A stretch of DNA of 64,000 nt from Candidatus Omnitrophota bacterium (GCA_003598025.1 QZKH01000003.1:375221-439220), one strand, 5' to 3'. Counted from the first letter of the stretch, positions 50,358 to 59,719 are shown. The notes: generated from the letters alone by a model not told the origin. Numbers and translations: made by a program.

Positions 50358-50414
50358 TGCCCTTCTACTAACCCATACAGGAACTTTCCCGAAACTGGCG
50401 TAACTATTTACGCC

Positions 50415-50456
50415 TAACAAGAAAAAGCCATCTCCGGCCAATTGACTGGAAATGGC
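50415..50456 (-). terminator. Rho-independent terminator of the ars operon
   Basis: Stem GCCATTTCC-loop-GGAGATGGC, followed on the minus strand by TTTTTCTTGTT. Confidence 0.45.
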
Positions 50457-50611
50457 TTTTCCCGCACAGGCGAAACAGTGATCAGCTGTCCCGTAAGTCT
50501 ATTTTAATTTTATAACAGCGCGAATCTTTCTCAAGGGGGTCGTTACTACAAAATAGCAATAATTAGAAGAGGGCCTTTTTGCTAAAAAAGGCTTTTGGAA
50601 GGAGTAATTCT

Positions 50612-51037
50612 TTATATTGACTTAATCCACTCTTTGATTTTTACTTCTATCTGATCTCTGACCTCTTTTGTTTTCTTCAGCTTCTCTTCCGGCGATCCAG
50701 TAAAAGCGGATGGGTCCGGGAATCCCCAGTGAAGTTTTTGCGCAATGCCCGGGAATATCGGGCACCTCTCCGATTGCGATTCATCGCAGACGGTAACCAC
50801 ATAATTGTAGAGTTTGCCTTGCTTATAAAAATCAAACACACTCTTGGTTTTATTCTGCGAAATATCGATCCCGGCGTCTTTCATCGCCTCGACTACAACG
50901 GGATTGAGCTTGCCCGGCTCAAGGCCTGCGCTCTCCACCTCAAAACGATCGCCTGCATATTTCTTCAAGAATGCCTCTGCCATCTGCGAGCGCGCAGAGT
51001 TGTGAATACATACAAACAAAACCTTTTTCTTATCCAT
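50612..51037 (-). CDS. arsC: Arsenate reductase, LMW-PTPase family (thioredoxin-coupled)
   Basis: P-loop CIHNSARS (CX5R) and downstream Cys residues. 141 aa. Confidence 0.8.
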   Translation of the reverse strand: MDKKKVLFVCIHNSARSQMAEAFLKKYAGDRFEVESAGLEPGKLNPVVVEAMKDAGIDISQNKTKSVFDFYKQGKLYNYVVTVCDESQSERCPIFPGIAQKLHWGFPDPSAFTGSPEEKLKKTKEVRDQIEVKIKEWIKSI

Positions 51038-52130
51038 GGCTACCGCCCGATAATTTAAACCAATTTTGGGTTCTCAAACAAACCTTAACCAGCATCAGCA
51101 TCACCGGCACTTCGATAAGGACTCCTACAACCGTTGCCAGTGACGCTCCGGATGAAAGTCCGAAAAGAATTGTCGAAGTGGCGATAGCCACCTCAAAGTG
51201 ATTGCTCGCCCCTACCAACGCCGACGGTGCCGCATCCCGATACGACAGCTTCAACCATTTTGCCAAAGCATATGTTATGGCGAAAATAAGGCAGGTTTGA
51301 ATGAAAAGCGGTATCGCTATAAGAAAAATTATTTGCGGCTGGTTAATGATCAACTCCCCCTTAAAAGAAAACAACAAAACCAGCGTCAATAGCAATGCGC
51401 ATATCGAAACCGGCGTCAGATAATGCAGGAATTTCTCCTCAAACCACTTGAATCCTTTCTTGGCGATCAGCAATTTTCTTGAGTAATAGCCCAGGAGTAG
51501 CGGTAACCCGACATAGATCACCACTGACAATACGATTGTCTGCCACGGAATAGGCATTTTATTCACACCCAAGAGCCATCCACCAAGCGGCGCATACAGA
51601 AACAGCATTGTGAGGGAATTGATAGCTACCATAACAAGCGTGTGGCCGTCGTTTCCTCTAGCCAAATGCCCCCAGATCAGAACCATGGCCGTGCATGGCG
51701 CTATGCCTAACAAAATGCATCCTGCGATATACGACCGAAACAATTCGACCTGCGCCCCGCCTTTAACAATCTCCATCCCCGGAAGCCACCCTTTAAACAA
51801 TACCCCAAGGAAAAGCCATGCGATCGCAAGCATCGTAAACGGTTTTATGCACCAGTTCACAACTAAAGTCAGAATAACCGGCTTAGGCGCCTTTCCTGCT
51901 TTAATGACCTCCGCAAAATCAATCTTGACCATGATCGGGTACATCATGAAGAATAGGCAGATTGCGATAGGAATAGACACTTGATAAATCGAGATCTGAT
52001 CCAACGCCACCGCCACCTGCGGAAACAACTTGCCCAAAGCGATCCCAATTCCGATACAAAGCACTACCCATCCAGTGAGATACTTCTCGAAAAAGCTTAA
52101 TTTTCGTTCCTCATGAATAACGTGTTCCAT
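51030..52130 (-). CDS. acr3: Arsenite efflux transporter ACR3
   Basis: ACR3/ArsB-type membrane protein. Ten predicted TM helices. 366 aa. Confidence 0.8.
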   Translation of the reverse strand: MEHVIHEERKLSFFEKYLTGWVVLCIGIGIALGKLFPQVAVALDQISIYQVSIPIAICLFFMMYPIMVKIDFAEVIKAGKAPKPVILTLVVNWCIKPFTMLAIAWLFLGVLFKGWLPGMEIVKGGAQVELFRSYIAGCILLGIAPCTAMVLIWGHLARGNDGHTLVMVAINSLTMLFLYAPLGGWLLGVNKMPIPWQTIVLSVVIYVGLPLLLGYYSRKLLIAKKGFKWFEEKFLHYLTPVSICALLLTLVLLFSFKGELIINQPQIIFLIAIPLFIQTCLIFAITYALAKWLKLSYRDAAPSALVGASNHFEVAIATSTILFGLSSGASLATVVGVLIEVPVMLMLVKVCLRTQNWFKLSGGSHG

Positions 52131-52139
52131 CCGCCCTCC

Positions 52140-52826
52140 TTAAAATAACCGCAGGATATAAATTCCTGTGTAATAAAGACCGACAAGAATAAAAATCACC
52201 CCGGTAATTCTACGGGTAAAAAATTCCAGCTTCGTGATCTTATTAAACCAATGGCTCATTGAAGTCACGCCCAATGCGATAGCGACAGCGAACACCAGCA
52301 CCGGAAGTCCTGTCCCTATCCCATAAATAAACGGCAATAGCGTCCCTGCTTTGCTATTAAGCGCTAATGGTATCAAACTGCCGAAGAATAACGCCGCTGA
52401 AACCGGACAAAACGCTAAAGCGAATATCAATCCCAAAAGAAAAGCGCCGGGAGCTCCGGACTCAACAAGTTTATTGTGATGTTTTTGAGACAATGCCACA
52501 CCGGGCAATTTTATCGTGATCACTTCAAGTAAAAATAATCCGGTGATTATCAAGAGAGGCCCTAAGGCCTTGACCATGTATTTCTGCAAAAACTGCGCCA
52601 CCTGCGGAACACTTAAAAGCGAACTGATAATGATCCAGCCAAGCACTGCATACGCCGCCATCCTGCCGAGCGTATAAGCCAGTCCTGAAATGAATACCAT
52701 AACCGGATGCGCAATTTTCTTCGAGAGAAAAGACACCGCCGCGATGTTTGTCGCCAAGGGACAAGGACTGATTGACGTTAATATCCCCAGCCACAGCGCA
52801 GACCCCAAAGCGATCAATAGCTCCAT
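52140..52826 (-). CDS. ccdA: CcdA/DsbD-family thiol-disulfide electron transporter
   Basis: Six TM helices with conserved Cys in TM1 (ISPCP) and TM4 (AFCP). Confidence 0.65.
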   Translation of the reverse strand: MELLIALGSALWLGILTSISPCPLATNIAAVSFLSKKIAHPVMVFISGLAYTLGRMAAYAVLGWIIISSLLSVPQVAQFLQKYMVKALGPLLIITGLFLLEVITIKLPGVALSQKHHNKLVESGAPGAFLLGLIFALAFCPVSAALFFGSLIPLALNSKAGTLLPFIYGIGTGLPVLVFAVAIALGVTSMSHWFNKITKLEFFTRRITGVIFILVGLYYTGIYILRLF

Positions 52827-53245
52827 TATTGCGCGTCCTTCATAAATGCGTTTACCTCACCAGTCACGTAATCCATAAACTTTTGCTTATTGCGGGCAAG
52901 CTCCCAAATCTTGTCGAGATTTTTTGACTTTACTTCCTTGCCGTCCTTGACCAGAGAAAGAATGAGCGTTTTCGTATACAGCTTATAGTCATTTACGAAA
53001 TGTTCGTTGCCCTTCTCCTCGACATTAACCGCCTTAAACTCAAGCCCGCCGGAAGCAAGGGCATCCTTAAAGTTTGCATCAATCGCTTCTCTTGAGTATT
53101 TCTCCATTGCGGTGCATGTAGGACACCGAAACGATCCATGAAAATAATACGCTATGACTTTCGCCTGCGGGCTTGATTGCGCTAAAGCGAAAGACCCGGC
53201 ACTAAGTGCCGCAACAACCGCAAGAACCTGAATTATTCTTTTCAC
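52826..53245 (-). CDS. Exported thioredoxin-like protein (CPTC). The start is re-set to GTG at 53245 behind an AGGAGG SD. The ORF-track start is 53278.
   Basis: After re-setting the start the signal peptide is MKRIIQVLAVVAALSAGSFALAQ. CPTC redox motif. Confidence 0.45.
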   Translation of the reverse strand: MKRIIQVLAVVAALSAGSFALAQSSPQAKVIAYYFHGSFRCPTCTAMEKYSREAIDANFKDALASGGLEFKAVNVEEKGNEHFVNDYKLYTKTLILSLVKDGKEVKSKNLDKIWELARNKQKFMDYVTGEVNAFMKDAQ

Positions 53246-53483
53246 ATCCGCCTCCTGAAAGGATTGTTTTGATCTCATTCTTACTTAAGACTTTCCCGGA
53301 TGAAACCACCTTGCCGTCAATGGCCAGCCCGGGCGTCATCATGACACCGTATTCGGTGATCTTGTCGATATCCGTCACCTTACCGATCTCAGCTTGAATA
53401 TTTAATTCTTTCACAGCCGCCTCAGCATTCGCCGTAAGCTGTTTGCATTTAGGACAACCGACACCTAATATCTCAATTTTCAT
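53202..53483 (-). CDS. Small thioredoxin-fold 'redox-active disulfide protein 2'-like protein with a Cys-rich C-terminal tail (start trimmed to MKIEILG)
   Basis: MKIEILGVGCPKCKQL matches the Thioredoxin_3/TIGR00412 style. The C-terminus is GGGCEKNNSGSCGCCGT. Confidence 0.55.
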   Translation of the reverse strand: MKIEILGVGCPKCKQLTANAEAAVKELNIQAEIGKVTDIDKITEYGVMMTPGLAIDGKVVSSGKVLSKNEIKTILSGGGCEKNNSGSCGCCGT

Positions 53484-53496
53484 TTTAAGCCTCCAA

Positions 53497-54279
53497 TTAT
53501 TTTTTAACTGCCGCAACCTTTACGCTAGCTATTGCATCTTGGGCGGCATCAAGATTATCAAACATAGCGTCTACTGGATAACTTGACTCGCTTATAACCT
53601 TGACGTCCTTAAATCCCGCTTGTTTAATAAAACCCAGATATTCCTCTTTTTTAATGGCTCCGGCAAGGCATCCCACATACGCCTCAACAGAATCTTTGAT
53701 TTTTTTCGGCAGATCTTTCGCCAATACCAAGTCCGAAACCATCAGCCTACCGCCTGTTCTTAAAACCCTATAAGCCTCCTTGAAAACCGCTTCTTTATCA
53801 GGCGAAAGGTTAATGACACAGTTTGAAATAATAACGTCAATGGAATTGTCCTCAACGGGTAATTTCTCAATCTCACCTAAACGAAATTCAATATTGGAAT
53901 ACTTACCCTTCTTAGCATTCTCATTCGCTTTAGAGACCATCTCGGGTGTCATATCAACGCCAATAACCCTGCCGGTCTTGCCAACTCGTTGTGCTGATAA
54001 GAAAGCGTCGAATCCCGCACCGCTCCCCAGATCAAGCACCACATCCCCTTCTTTTAACGAGGCCAGAGCAACTGGATTCCCACACCCAAAGCCTAAATTC
54101 GCCCCTTCGGGTACAGCGTTCATTTCAGATTCGCTATAGCCTACCTTTTTGCTGATGTCTTCCGCCTGTGTTACGCCGCCACAGCATGAACTTGATGAAC
54201 AGCATGATTTTTTCTGCGACAACGCTTTTGTATAGCCTTCTCTGACAATCTTTTTAATTTTATCCGCTTCGTTTCTCAT
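53497..54279 (-). CDS. arsM: Arsenite S-adenosylmethionine methyltransferase
   Basis: Class I SAM methyltransferase fold (VLDLGSGAG) with Cys clusters CCSSSSCC and GCGNP typical of ArsM. Confidence 0.8.
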   Translation of the reverse strand: MRNEADKIKKIVREGYTKALSQKKSCCSSSSCCGGVTQAEDISKKVGYSESEMNAVPEGANLGFGCGNPVALASLKEGDVVLDLGSGAGFDAFLSAQRVGKTGRVIGVDMTPEMVSKANENAKKGKYSNIEFRLGEIEKLPVEDNSIDVIISNCVINLSPDKEAVFKEAYRVLRTGGRLMVSDLVLAKDLPKKIKDSVEAYVGCLAGAIKKEEYLGFIKQAGFKDVKVISESSYPVDAMFDNLDAAQDAIASVKVAAVKK

Positions 54280-54280
54280 T

Positions 54281-54445
54281 TTATATCCCTTCCCTCCTCA
54301 TTTTCGAGGCGTTCTCTTTATCAACTTGCTTCTTGATCACTTCTTTGACAAAATCCAAGGCGCCATCTTTATCCCTGTCGATTACGATTCGCTCAACTCT
54401 AAGCAAATCATCCTCAGTAAGATTGATGGTCTTTTTAATTATCAT
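54281..54445 (-). CDS. Candidate small ORF (54 aa). Its start overlaps the arsP stop (ATGA) and it ends 1 nt before the arsM ATG.
   Basis: MIIKKTINLTEDDLLRVERIVIDRDKDGALDFVKEVIKKQVDKENASKMRREGI is charged and helical. It is below the ORF-track length cutoff. Confidence 0.3.
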   Translation of the reverse strand: MIIKKTINLTEDDLLRVERIVIDRDKDGALDFVKEVIKKQVDKENASKMRREGI

Positions 54446-55647
54446 TTAACCACCGCTCCAAAAATCATACCACTGATAGTTGCCATGACCACAACTAAAG
54501 CCACATACACTGCTGTTTTTTTGGTTCCCATGATGCTCCGAAGCACAAGCATGCTCGGCAAGCTCAAAGCAGGCCCGGCCAAGAGAAGCGCCAAAGCAGG
54601 CCCTTTACCCATTCCTGAGTTCATCAATCCCTGTAATATAGGCACTTCTGTAAGCGTGGCGAAATACATAAATGCCGCCACAATTGATGAGAAGAAATTC
54701 GCCCATAACGAATTGCCGCCAACAAGCATGGTCACATATCGTGAAGGGATAACTCCCTCATGTCCTACCCTACCAAGCAGAAAACCTGAAACTAAAACTC
54801 CTCCTAAAAGAAGCGGCAATATCTGAAGCGCAAAACCCCATGTCGCTCCAGTCCATTCTCTTAACTCATCCCTTTTGAACCACTTGAAGAGCATAATCGC
54901 TAAGCTCATAAAAGATAATCCAGCGATCCACCATTTATACTGATAAATTATTGACCAAATACCATGATCACCCTCAAGCGGCTTCCCCCAGTTAGCAAAC
55001 ACCAAAAAAGCTACCATTGAGGCGAAATATAAAACGGTTTTACCTAAGGAGCGGGTTTCTTTTAACTCTCCAACATTGAAGTCCCCATTGGCGTGACGAG
55101 CCCTTTCTTCTTTTAAAAAGATGAGATGCATTAATAGTCCGATGACAACACTAAATACCACCGCTCCAATAGCTCGTGCCAACCCTAGCTCCCACCCAAG
55201 GATACGTGCGGTTAGAATGATTGCTAAAACATTTATGGCAGGCCCGGAATATAGAAAAGCGATCGCGGGTCCAAGCCCTGCCCCTCTTTTGTATATGCCT
55301 GAAAATAGCGGTAAAACCGTACAAGAACAAACAGCGAGAATTGTTCCCGACACAGAAGCGACACTATAAGAAAGGAATTTATTCGCCTTAGCCCCGAAAT
55401 ACTTCATCACGGACGCTTGGCTGACAAAAACAGATATCGCTCCGGCTATAAAGAACGCCGGAACAAGACACAAAAGCACGTGCTCCCGGGCGTACCATTT
55501 AACAAGAGCCAGAGCCTCAAAGACAGCATTGGTAAAACGAAGATTTTCTACCGGCAGGTAAAAACAGCCTAAGAATATGGCGGCAATATAAAGAAACTTC
55601 TTCCACTCTTTCATTTCTTGACCGTCCTCCCTCCAATAGTACAGCAA
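54442..55647 (-). CDS. arsP: Permease of the DUF318/YraQ type, ArsP-like organoarsenical efflux permease
   Basis: Multi-TM protein with a conserved CSC in a TM helix (ILAVCSCTVLP, like the TPFcSCS motif). It sits in an ars operon next to arsM. Confidence 0.55.
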   Translation of the reverse strand: MLYYWREDGQEMKEWKKFLYIAAIFLGCFYLPVENLRFTNAVFEALALVKWYAREHVLLCLVPAFFIAGAISVFVSQASVMKYFGAKANKFLSYSVASVSGTILAVCSCTVLPLFSGIYKRGAGLGPAIAFLYSGPAINVLAIILTARILGWELGLARAIGAVVFSVVIGLLMHLIFLKEERARHANGDFNVGELKETRSLGKTVLYFASMVAFLVFANWGKPLEGDHGIWSIIYQYKWWIAGLSFMSLAIMLFKWFKRDELREWTGATWGFALQILPLLLGGVLVSGFLLGRVGHEGVIPSRYVTMLVGGNSLWANFFSSIVAAFMYFATLTEVPILQGLMNSGMGKGPALALLLAGPALSLPSMLVLRSIMGTKKTAVYVALVVVMATISGMIFGAVVK

Positions 55648-55919
55648 CCGCCTTCAATACGGATCGCCTTAACATTCACCAGCGCGTCTGTGACTTTTTT
55701 GCAGGCTGATGCAACAATCCGCGAAAATGTCGGCCGGGATATCTTCATAAGTTTTGCCGCATCCCTCTGCTTCATCGCTTCCAAGCAGGCCAGCCGCATC
55801 GCCTCAAATTCATCGATGCTTAAAACAACACCTTCGAGTTTATTCAAAGGCTTGCATTTTGGCCGGAAACATCTCTCCCCCGGCAAACATTTAACCCATC
55901 TTGTTTTCTTTGGACGCAT
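55611..55919 (-). CDS. DUF134 (UPF0251) predicted DNA-binding protein, Cys-rich
   Basis: MRPKKTRWV..P....FKP......LEGVVLSIDEFEAMRL..LE...Q.DAA..M.ISRPTFSRI is the DUF134 signature. It ends with a vicinal Cys pair (EGGCCTIGG). Confidence 0.6.
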   Translation of the reverse strand: MRPKKTRWVKCLPGERCFRPKCKPLNKLEGVVLSIDEFEAMRLACLEAMKQRDAAKLMKISRPTFSRIVASACKKVTDALVNVKAIRIEGGCCTIGGRTVKK

Positions 55920-55933
55920 AAATAGACCTTTCG

Positions 55934-55953
55934 GTTATGAACATTGGTTCATA
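55934..55953. promoter_or_regulatory. Perfect 8-4-8 palindrome TTATGAAC-attg-GTTCATAA, 15 nt upstream of the DUF134 start
   Basis: Seen in the sequence. It is a candidate operator of the ars operon. Confidence 0.35.
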
Positions 55954-56021
55954 ACAATTTTAACACAAAGCGGATCAATGTCAATGACAAAACATTCATG
56001 CGGCTACAAAATTGGTAATAA

Positions 56022-58505
56022 TTATTTGGAGGGTTTTGAAGCTGAGGAATTATTGGTATTGGATTTTTGTCTTCTTGACAATCGCTTCTGTCTTGTCTGT
56101 TCATACCATGTCCAATATGATTCAATACCCAGATGCATCTGTTGCGTCGCATCACACAAATTCTGAATTCCATCACGAATATGCCAATTATTGGCAAATG
56201 CTTCGTATGGCGTCCCCTTATCTTTCCAGCAAGAAGGTGGCTCAAAGTCATCAAATAGCTCAATGCCGGTTAGAATTAAAACGGGATTTACCCACTGCTC
56301 GGCTTTTAGATGTTTTCTGCCTCGCCTTGCCAAACTTGCAATCAACTTCTTTTCACGATCTTTTAAAGTCTTACGTAAAGTACAGAACGCAATAATAGCA
56401 CCCGGGAATTTATCCGCTATCACCCTCATGCGGCCCACATCTGCTTGAGTAAACTCATTGAAAGATTTACATTCTCCGAAAATAATTAACGGAGTCTTGA
56501 TTTCATCCATGCGGCCTTCCGATAAAAACATTCCAAAATCAGCTTCAAGCGGTTTCTCTTCTTTGGCTTTAAGAATAAATGACGGGATCCAAGTCATTTC
56601 GTTTGATAATCCATGGCCGCCAAAGAACTCTAAGCTAAGAGCGACACAATATCCGCCTTGTGCATAATTTTCGACTGAGAAAGGCCCGATTGTCCTCAAA
56701 TGCCAATTGTTCTCGGATATTGGTCTAACAATAGGAAAATCAAACTTCTCAAGGCATCTTTCGCAGACTACCATGTCAGATAAATCATCCAAGGAGTACC
56801 ATGTTCTCTGAGCACATTCAGGACACTGTAACGTTACTCCCCCTTTAAGAATTTTGTAGCCAAGCAAATTCTGAAGTCGTCTTTCAGCAATCTCGGGTGA
56901 ATTAGCTAGGCTGATTCTTTGCAATAAATCCTGCCATTTTTTCACTGGTACCGTCTTTGCGCGCACCTTCGATTTAATCTCTCCCTCGGCAGAACCTTCA
57001 ACTTCAGTTTCCACTGCGGCATGAGACATATCGTTTAGAAGCTTAACTATTTCTTCATCCTGAAATGCCCTTGCCCCATGTATGCCACCAACAGAGTCAA
57101 TGATCTTTAGCGAAATTCGCCCCGAACCAGAGAGCTCGATATCATAGCCTTGCTCCTTGAACCATGCCTCAAACACTTTCAGACTGCTGGGAATCTCAAA
57201 AAAATGGCTCCATTCATAATGTTCACAAGGAATATTAATGCCTTCATTAGATACCCAAGCCTTATGAAAGCTATGAGCTCCAAACAGATGGTATGCGTCT
57301 TTTAAATTCCTAGGGAGCACGGTCGGGCAATCATATCTTTTATAAAAATCTTTAAGCTTGAGAGTGTTCATCCAGCGAGGTTTTCCACCCCCACCGTAGC
57401 GGTCTACAAAACTTGGAGAAATATCTTTAAATCGCGCATAATCATCGTCCAAAGATATCTCTTCCGACTCTTCTTTCGCTACAATTGAGCAAAGCTCAAC
57501 ATGGTCTTTGTCTTTCGCCCATTCATCCCACATGCGCGGATACCAGTGCTGTAATGAATAAGCGTGATCTCCCGGGGAAGTTAATTTCTTGGAAAAAGCC
57601 TGCATCTCATCCATAGAGGATGATCGTGAGCAAATAAAAGTCGTATGGTGCATCATGTCCTTATTATGTCGGTAAGGCACATAATTATGCTTGATGATTC
57701 CATTGACCAAATCAATATAATGATCCGCATATTGTTTTGGAAGCGGCAACACATCCCTGCCCACTGCTCTTAAATTCCAATAGTCAACGATATCAAGCCA
57801 TGAGGTCGCGTCCATAAAGAATATCGACGCATCCGCCCTCCAGCCACGCGGAGACGCTTTAAGCTCGGCACGTGTTATCCTCATTGGAGAAACGCCTTCA
57901 TTTAAGAAGCATTCGAGAAAATTATTCGGCTTAATGAGCAAATCCTTGGCGTTAAAGCAATGACAATAATTTTTCTTAACATATGCCATTTCTTTCTTAT
58001 CAGGAAAATCGCCAAAACTACAGGCTGACAGCAAGGATATTTCCCTTGACGGCTTTGGACAAAATACTTTGATACGATGCCGCCGCTCAAACTTAAAATC
58101 CTTATCATACAAGTGCCAATATAAGTCGGTCACATCTACACCATACGATATTGGCTCTTCATCTTTACTATTCATAACGTCATCAAAGGACAGGAGTCGC
58201 TCTTTATCGAAAAGTGATCCGGCTATTTTCTGCTTATCTTTTACAACAAGATAATCCGGATCGAATGAATCCAAATACCCCTTAGTGATAGATGAGGCTG
58301 GAGGATGGCGGAATCGACGATCTTCCCAATTAGGTGGCGTTTTCTTGAAGTAAGGAATTATAGGATTATAAACCCCTCCCCACAGACAAGTATTAATCTT
58401 GAACACTTCTCGTAGGGTTCGGTTATCGTCCTTCTTAACCAAAAATGCAAGCCTGATCGGACGCAGTTTTTTATCAATCGTGATTTTCTTATCTTTTATC
58501 GCCAT
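56022..58505 (-). CDS. Uncharacterised 827-aa protein encoded directly downstream of hsdS. No family recognised.
   Basis: A 14-bp gap to hsdS on the same strand. Cys4 Zn ribbon CPEC-x16-CERC (aa 561-584). A PD-(D/E)xK-like D656...E678-C-K680 (ADFG...IIFGECK). Confidence 0.5.
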   Translation of the reverse strand: MAIKDKKITIDKKLRPIRLAFLVKKDDNRTLREVFKINTCLWGGVYNPIIPYFKKTPPNWEDRRFRHPPASSITKGYLDSFDPDYLVVKDKQKIAGSLFDKERLLSFDDVMNSKDEEPISYGVDVTDLYWHLYDKDFKFERRHRIKVFCPKPSREISLLSACSFGDFPDKKEMAYVKKNYCHCFNAKDLLIKPNNFLECFLNEGVSPMRITRAELKASPRGWRADASIFFMDATSWLDIVDYWNLRAVGRDVLPLPKQYADHYIDLVNGIIKHNYVPYRHNKDMMHHTTFICSRSSSMDEMQAFSKKLTSPGDHAYSLQHWYPRMWDEWAKDKDHVELCSIVAKEESEEISLDDDYARFKDISPSFVDRYGGGGKPRWMNTLKLKDFYKRYDCPTVLPRNLKDAYHLFGAHSFHKAWVSNEGINIPCEHYEWSHFFEIPSSLKVFEAWFKEQGYDIELSGSGRISLKIIDSVGGIHGARAFQDEEIVKLLNDMSHAAVETEVEGSAEGEIKSKVRAKTVPVKKWQDLLQRISLANSPEIAERRLQNLLGYKILKGGVTLQCPECAQRTWYSLDDLSDMVVCERCLEKFDFPIVRPISENNWHLRTIGPFSVENYAQGGYCVALSLEFFGGHGLSNEMTWIPSFILKAKEEKPLEADFGMFLSEGRMDEIKTPLIIFGECKSFNEFTQADVGRMRVIADKFPGAIIAFCTLRKTLKDREKKLIASLARRGRKHLKAEQWVNPVLILTGIELFDDFEPPSCWKDKGTPYEAFANNWHIRDGIQNLCDATQQMHLGIESYWTWYEQTRQKRLSRRQKSNTNNSSASKPSK

Positions 58506-58519
58506 ATTCTTTAAAAATC

Positions 58520-59719
58520 CTACCTTACCAACTCCCCGCGAAAGGCTTTAGCTAAAATGGACTGCTCCAGCTTGTCGGTATAACCCTTTGCCTTATTAAA
58601 CTCATTCTCATTCTTTTCAATAAAAGCAAAGGATGATTTGAGCCTCTTTACAATTTCTTCTTGTTCATCGATAGGCGGCAAAGATATCTGTAAGTTTTTA
58701 ACTTCTTCACTGTTAATGTTGTTTACGCCACTTGTTGAACGCGCCGGTAATTCAATCTGCAATCTCATCGCATACGACTGAAATTGATATTGTAAAAATT
58801 CCGGTAAAATCAGCTCTTTATTTACCCTAAGCCGGATCAAATAACCAGCATACGCCATGCTTTCTTCTTTATCGGTAACCAGTGCCGTTCGGCCAACAAG
58901 CGAAACGCTTCCGTTTGAGCGGATTAACAAGATATCACCAGGTTCAAGTTTTAGGCTTTCATACTCTTTCTTATCCAGATCGGCGTATTTCAAATCATCC
59001 AGGTCGATATACCCTTGCACAACGTTCGGAATTCTCAAGACCGGATGCTTCTTTTTCTCTTTGAAGCATTTTTTTGCTGTCCCATATTTCAGATCATTGA
59101 GCACTTCTCCAAGTCTAACTTCCCGCCATTCTTCTTCATCCTCCTTTTTCTTCCACGTCTTGGTCAGCTCGCCGGAGAAGGCCGCGGCAAGGACAGATTG
59201 ACGGAAACGATTCAAGATGACAGGAATTGTGTCGAGGCGGGATTGGGCGTCTTTGACTTTAGGCAACAGTGCCTTTAACTTAGACAAAATTTTCTCTCGT
59301 TCTATCGGAGTAGGTAATGGCATAACTAGCTTATTGATATCACCTACAGTTAGCATCGGTATAGCTCCACCCTTCGTAAGCTCTCTCCAATTAATTGTTT
59401 TGAGCCACAGGCAACAATAATCTGTGAGTGCTTCATCACGTAGCTTTAAAGCGATAGTTGTTTGTGTAGATGCAAAACGATCGTTCTTTGGAATTTTTGG
59501 AAAACCAATAGATCCTCGAGCCGAAACAACAATAGTCCCTTTAGCATGAATTTTCTTTGGTTTTTCCAAAAATCCCCAGGGAGTGTTATCCATGCCTGCA
59601 GAATATACGGGAATCCCGCTCCCGGTGAGGTCTTTTGCTAAAATAGTTTCTCCCATTCGAGCGTCAGCAACTTCACTTAATGGTAATTCGTCCCATCCGT
59701 CTGGTAAATTATTCTCCAT
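58520..59719 (-). CDS. hsdS: Type I restriction-modification specificity subunit
   Basis: Two target-recognition domains separated and flanked by conserved coiled-coil repeats. 399 aa. It overlaps hsdM by 11 nt. Confidence 0.8.
   Translation of the reverse strand: MENNLPDGWDELPLSEVADARMGETILAKDLTGSGIPVYSAGMDNTPWGFLEKPKKIHAKGTIVVSARGSIGFPKIPKNDRFASTQTTIALKLRDEALTDYCCLWLKTINWRELTKGGAIPMLTVGDINKLVMPLPTPIEREKILSKLKALLPKVKDAQSRLDTIPVILNRFRQSVLAAAFSGELTKTWKKKEDEEEWREVRLGEVLNDLKYGTAKKCFKEKKKHPVLRIPNVVQGYIDLDDLKYADLDKKEYESLKLEPGDILLIRSNGSVSLVGRTALVTDKEESMAYAGYLIRLRVNKELILPEFLQYQFQSYAMRLQIELPARSTSGVNNINSEEVKNLQISLPPIDEQEEIVKRLKSSFAFIEKNENEFNKAKGYTDKLEQSILAKAFRGELVR

Larger units (their letters stand above)
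44387..50410 (-). mobile_element. Integrated P4-like primase-helicase element. It carries a large serine recombinase, Xis-like HTH, cargo genes, a primase-helicase and iterons, and is inserted at the 5' end of miaB.
   Basis: The gene content is in the features that follow. GC is higher than in the flanking DNA. The right boundary is inferred to lie before the ars terminator. Confidence 0.55.

Noticed and set aside
50415-50456. Hairpin near the island junction considered as a possible tRNA or integration target
   Set aside because: It is a simple 9-bp stem with a T-tract. It has no cloverleaf, no anticodon arm and no conserved T-loop GTTC. It fits a rho-independent terminator of the ars operon instead. 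No tRNA or rRNA was recognisable anywhere in the window.
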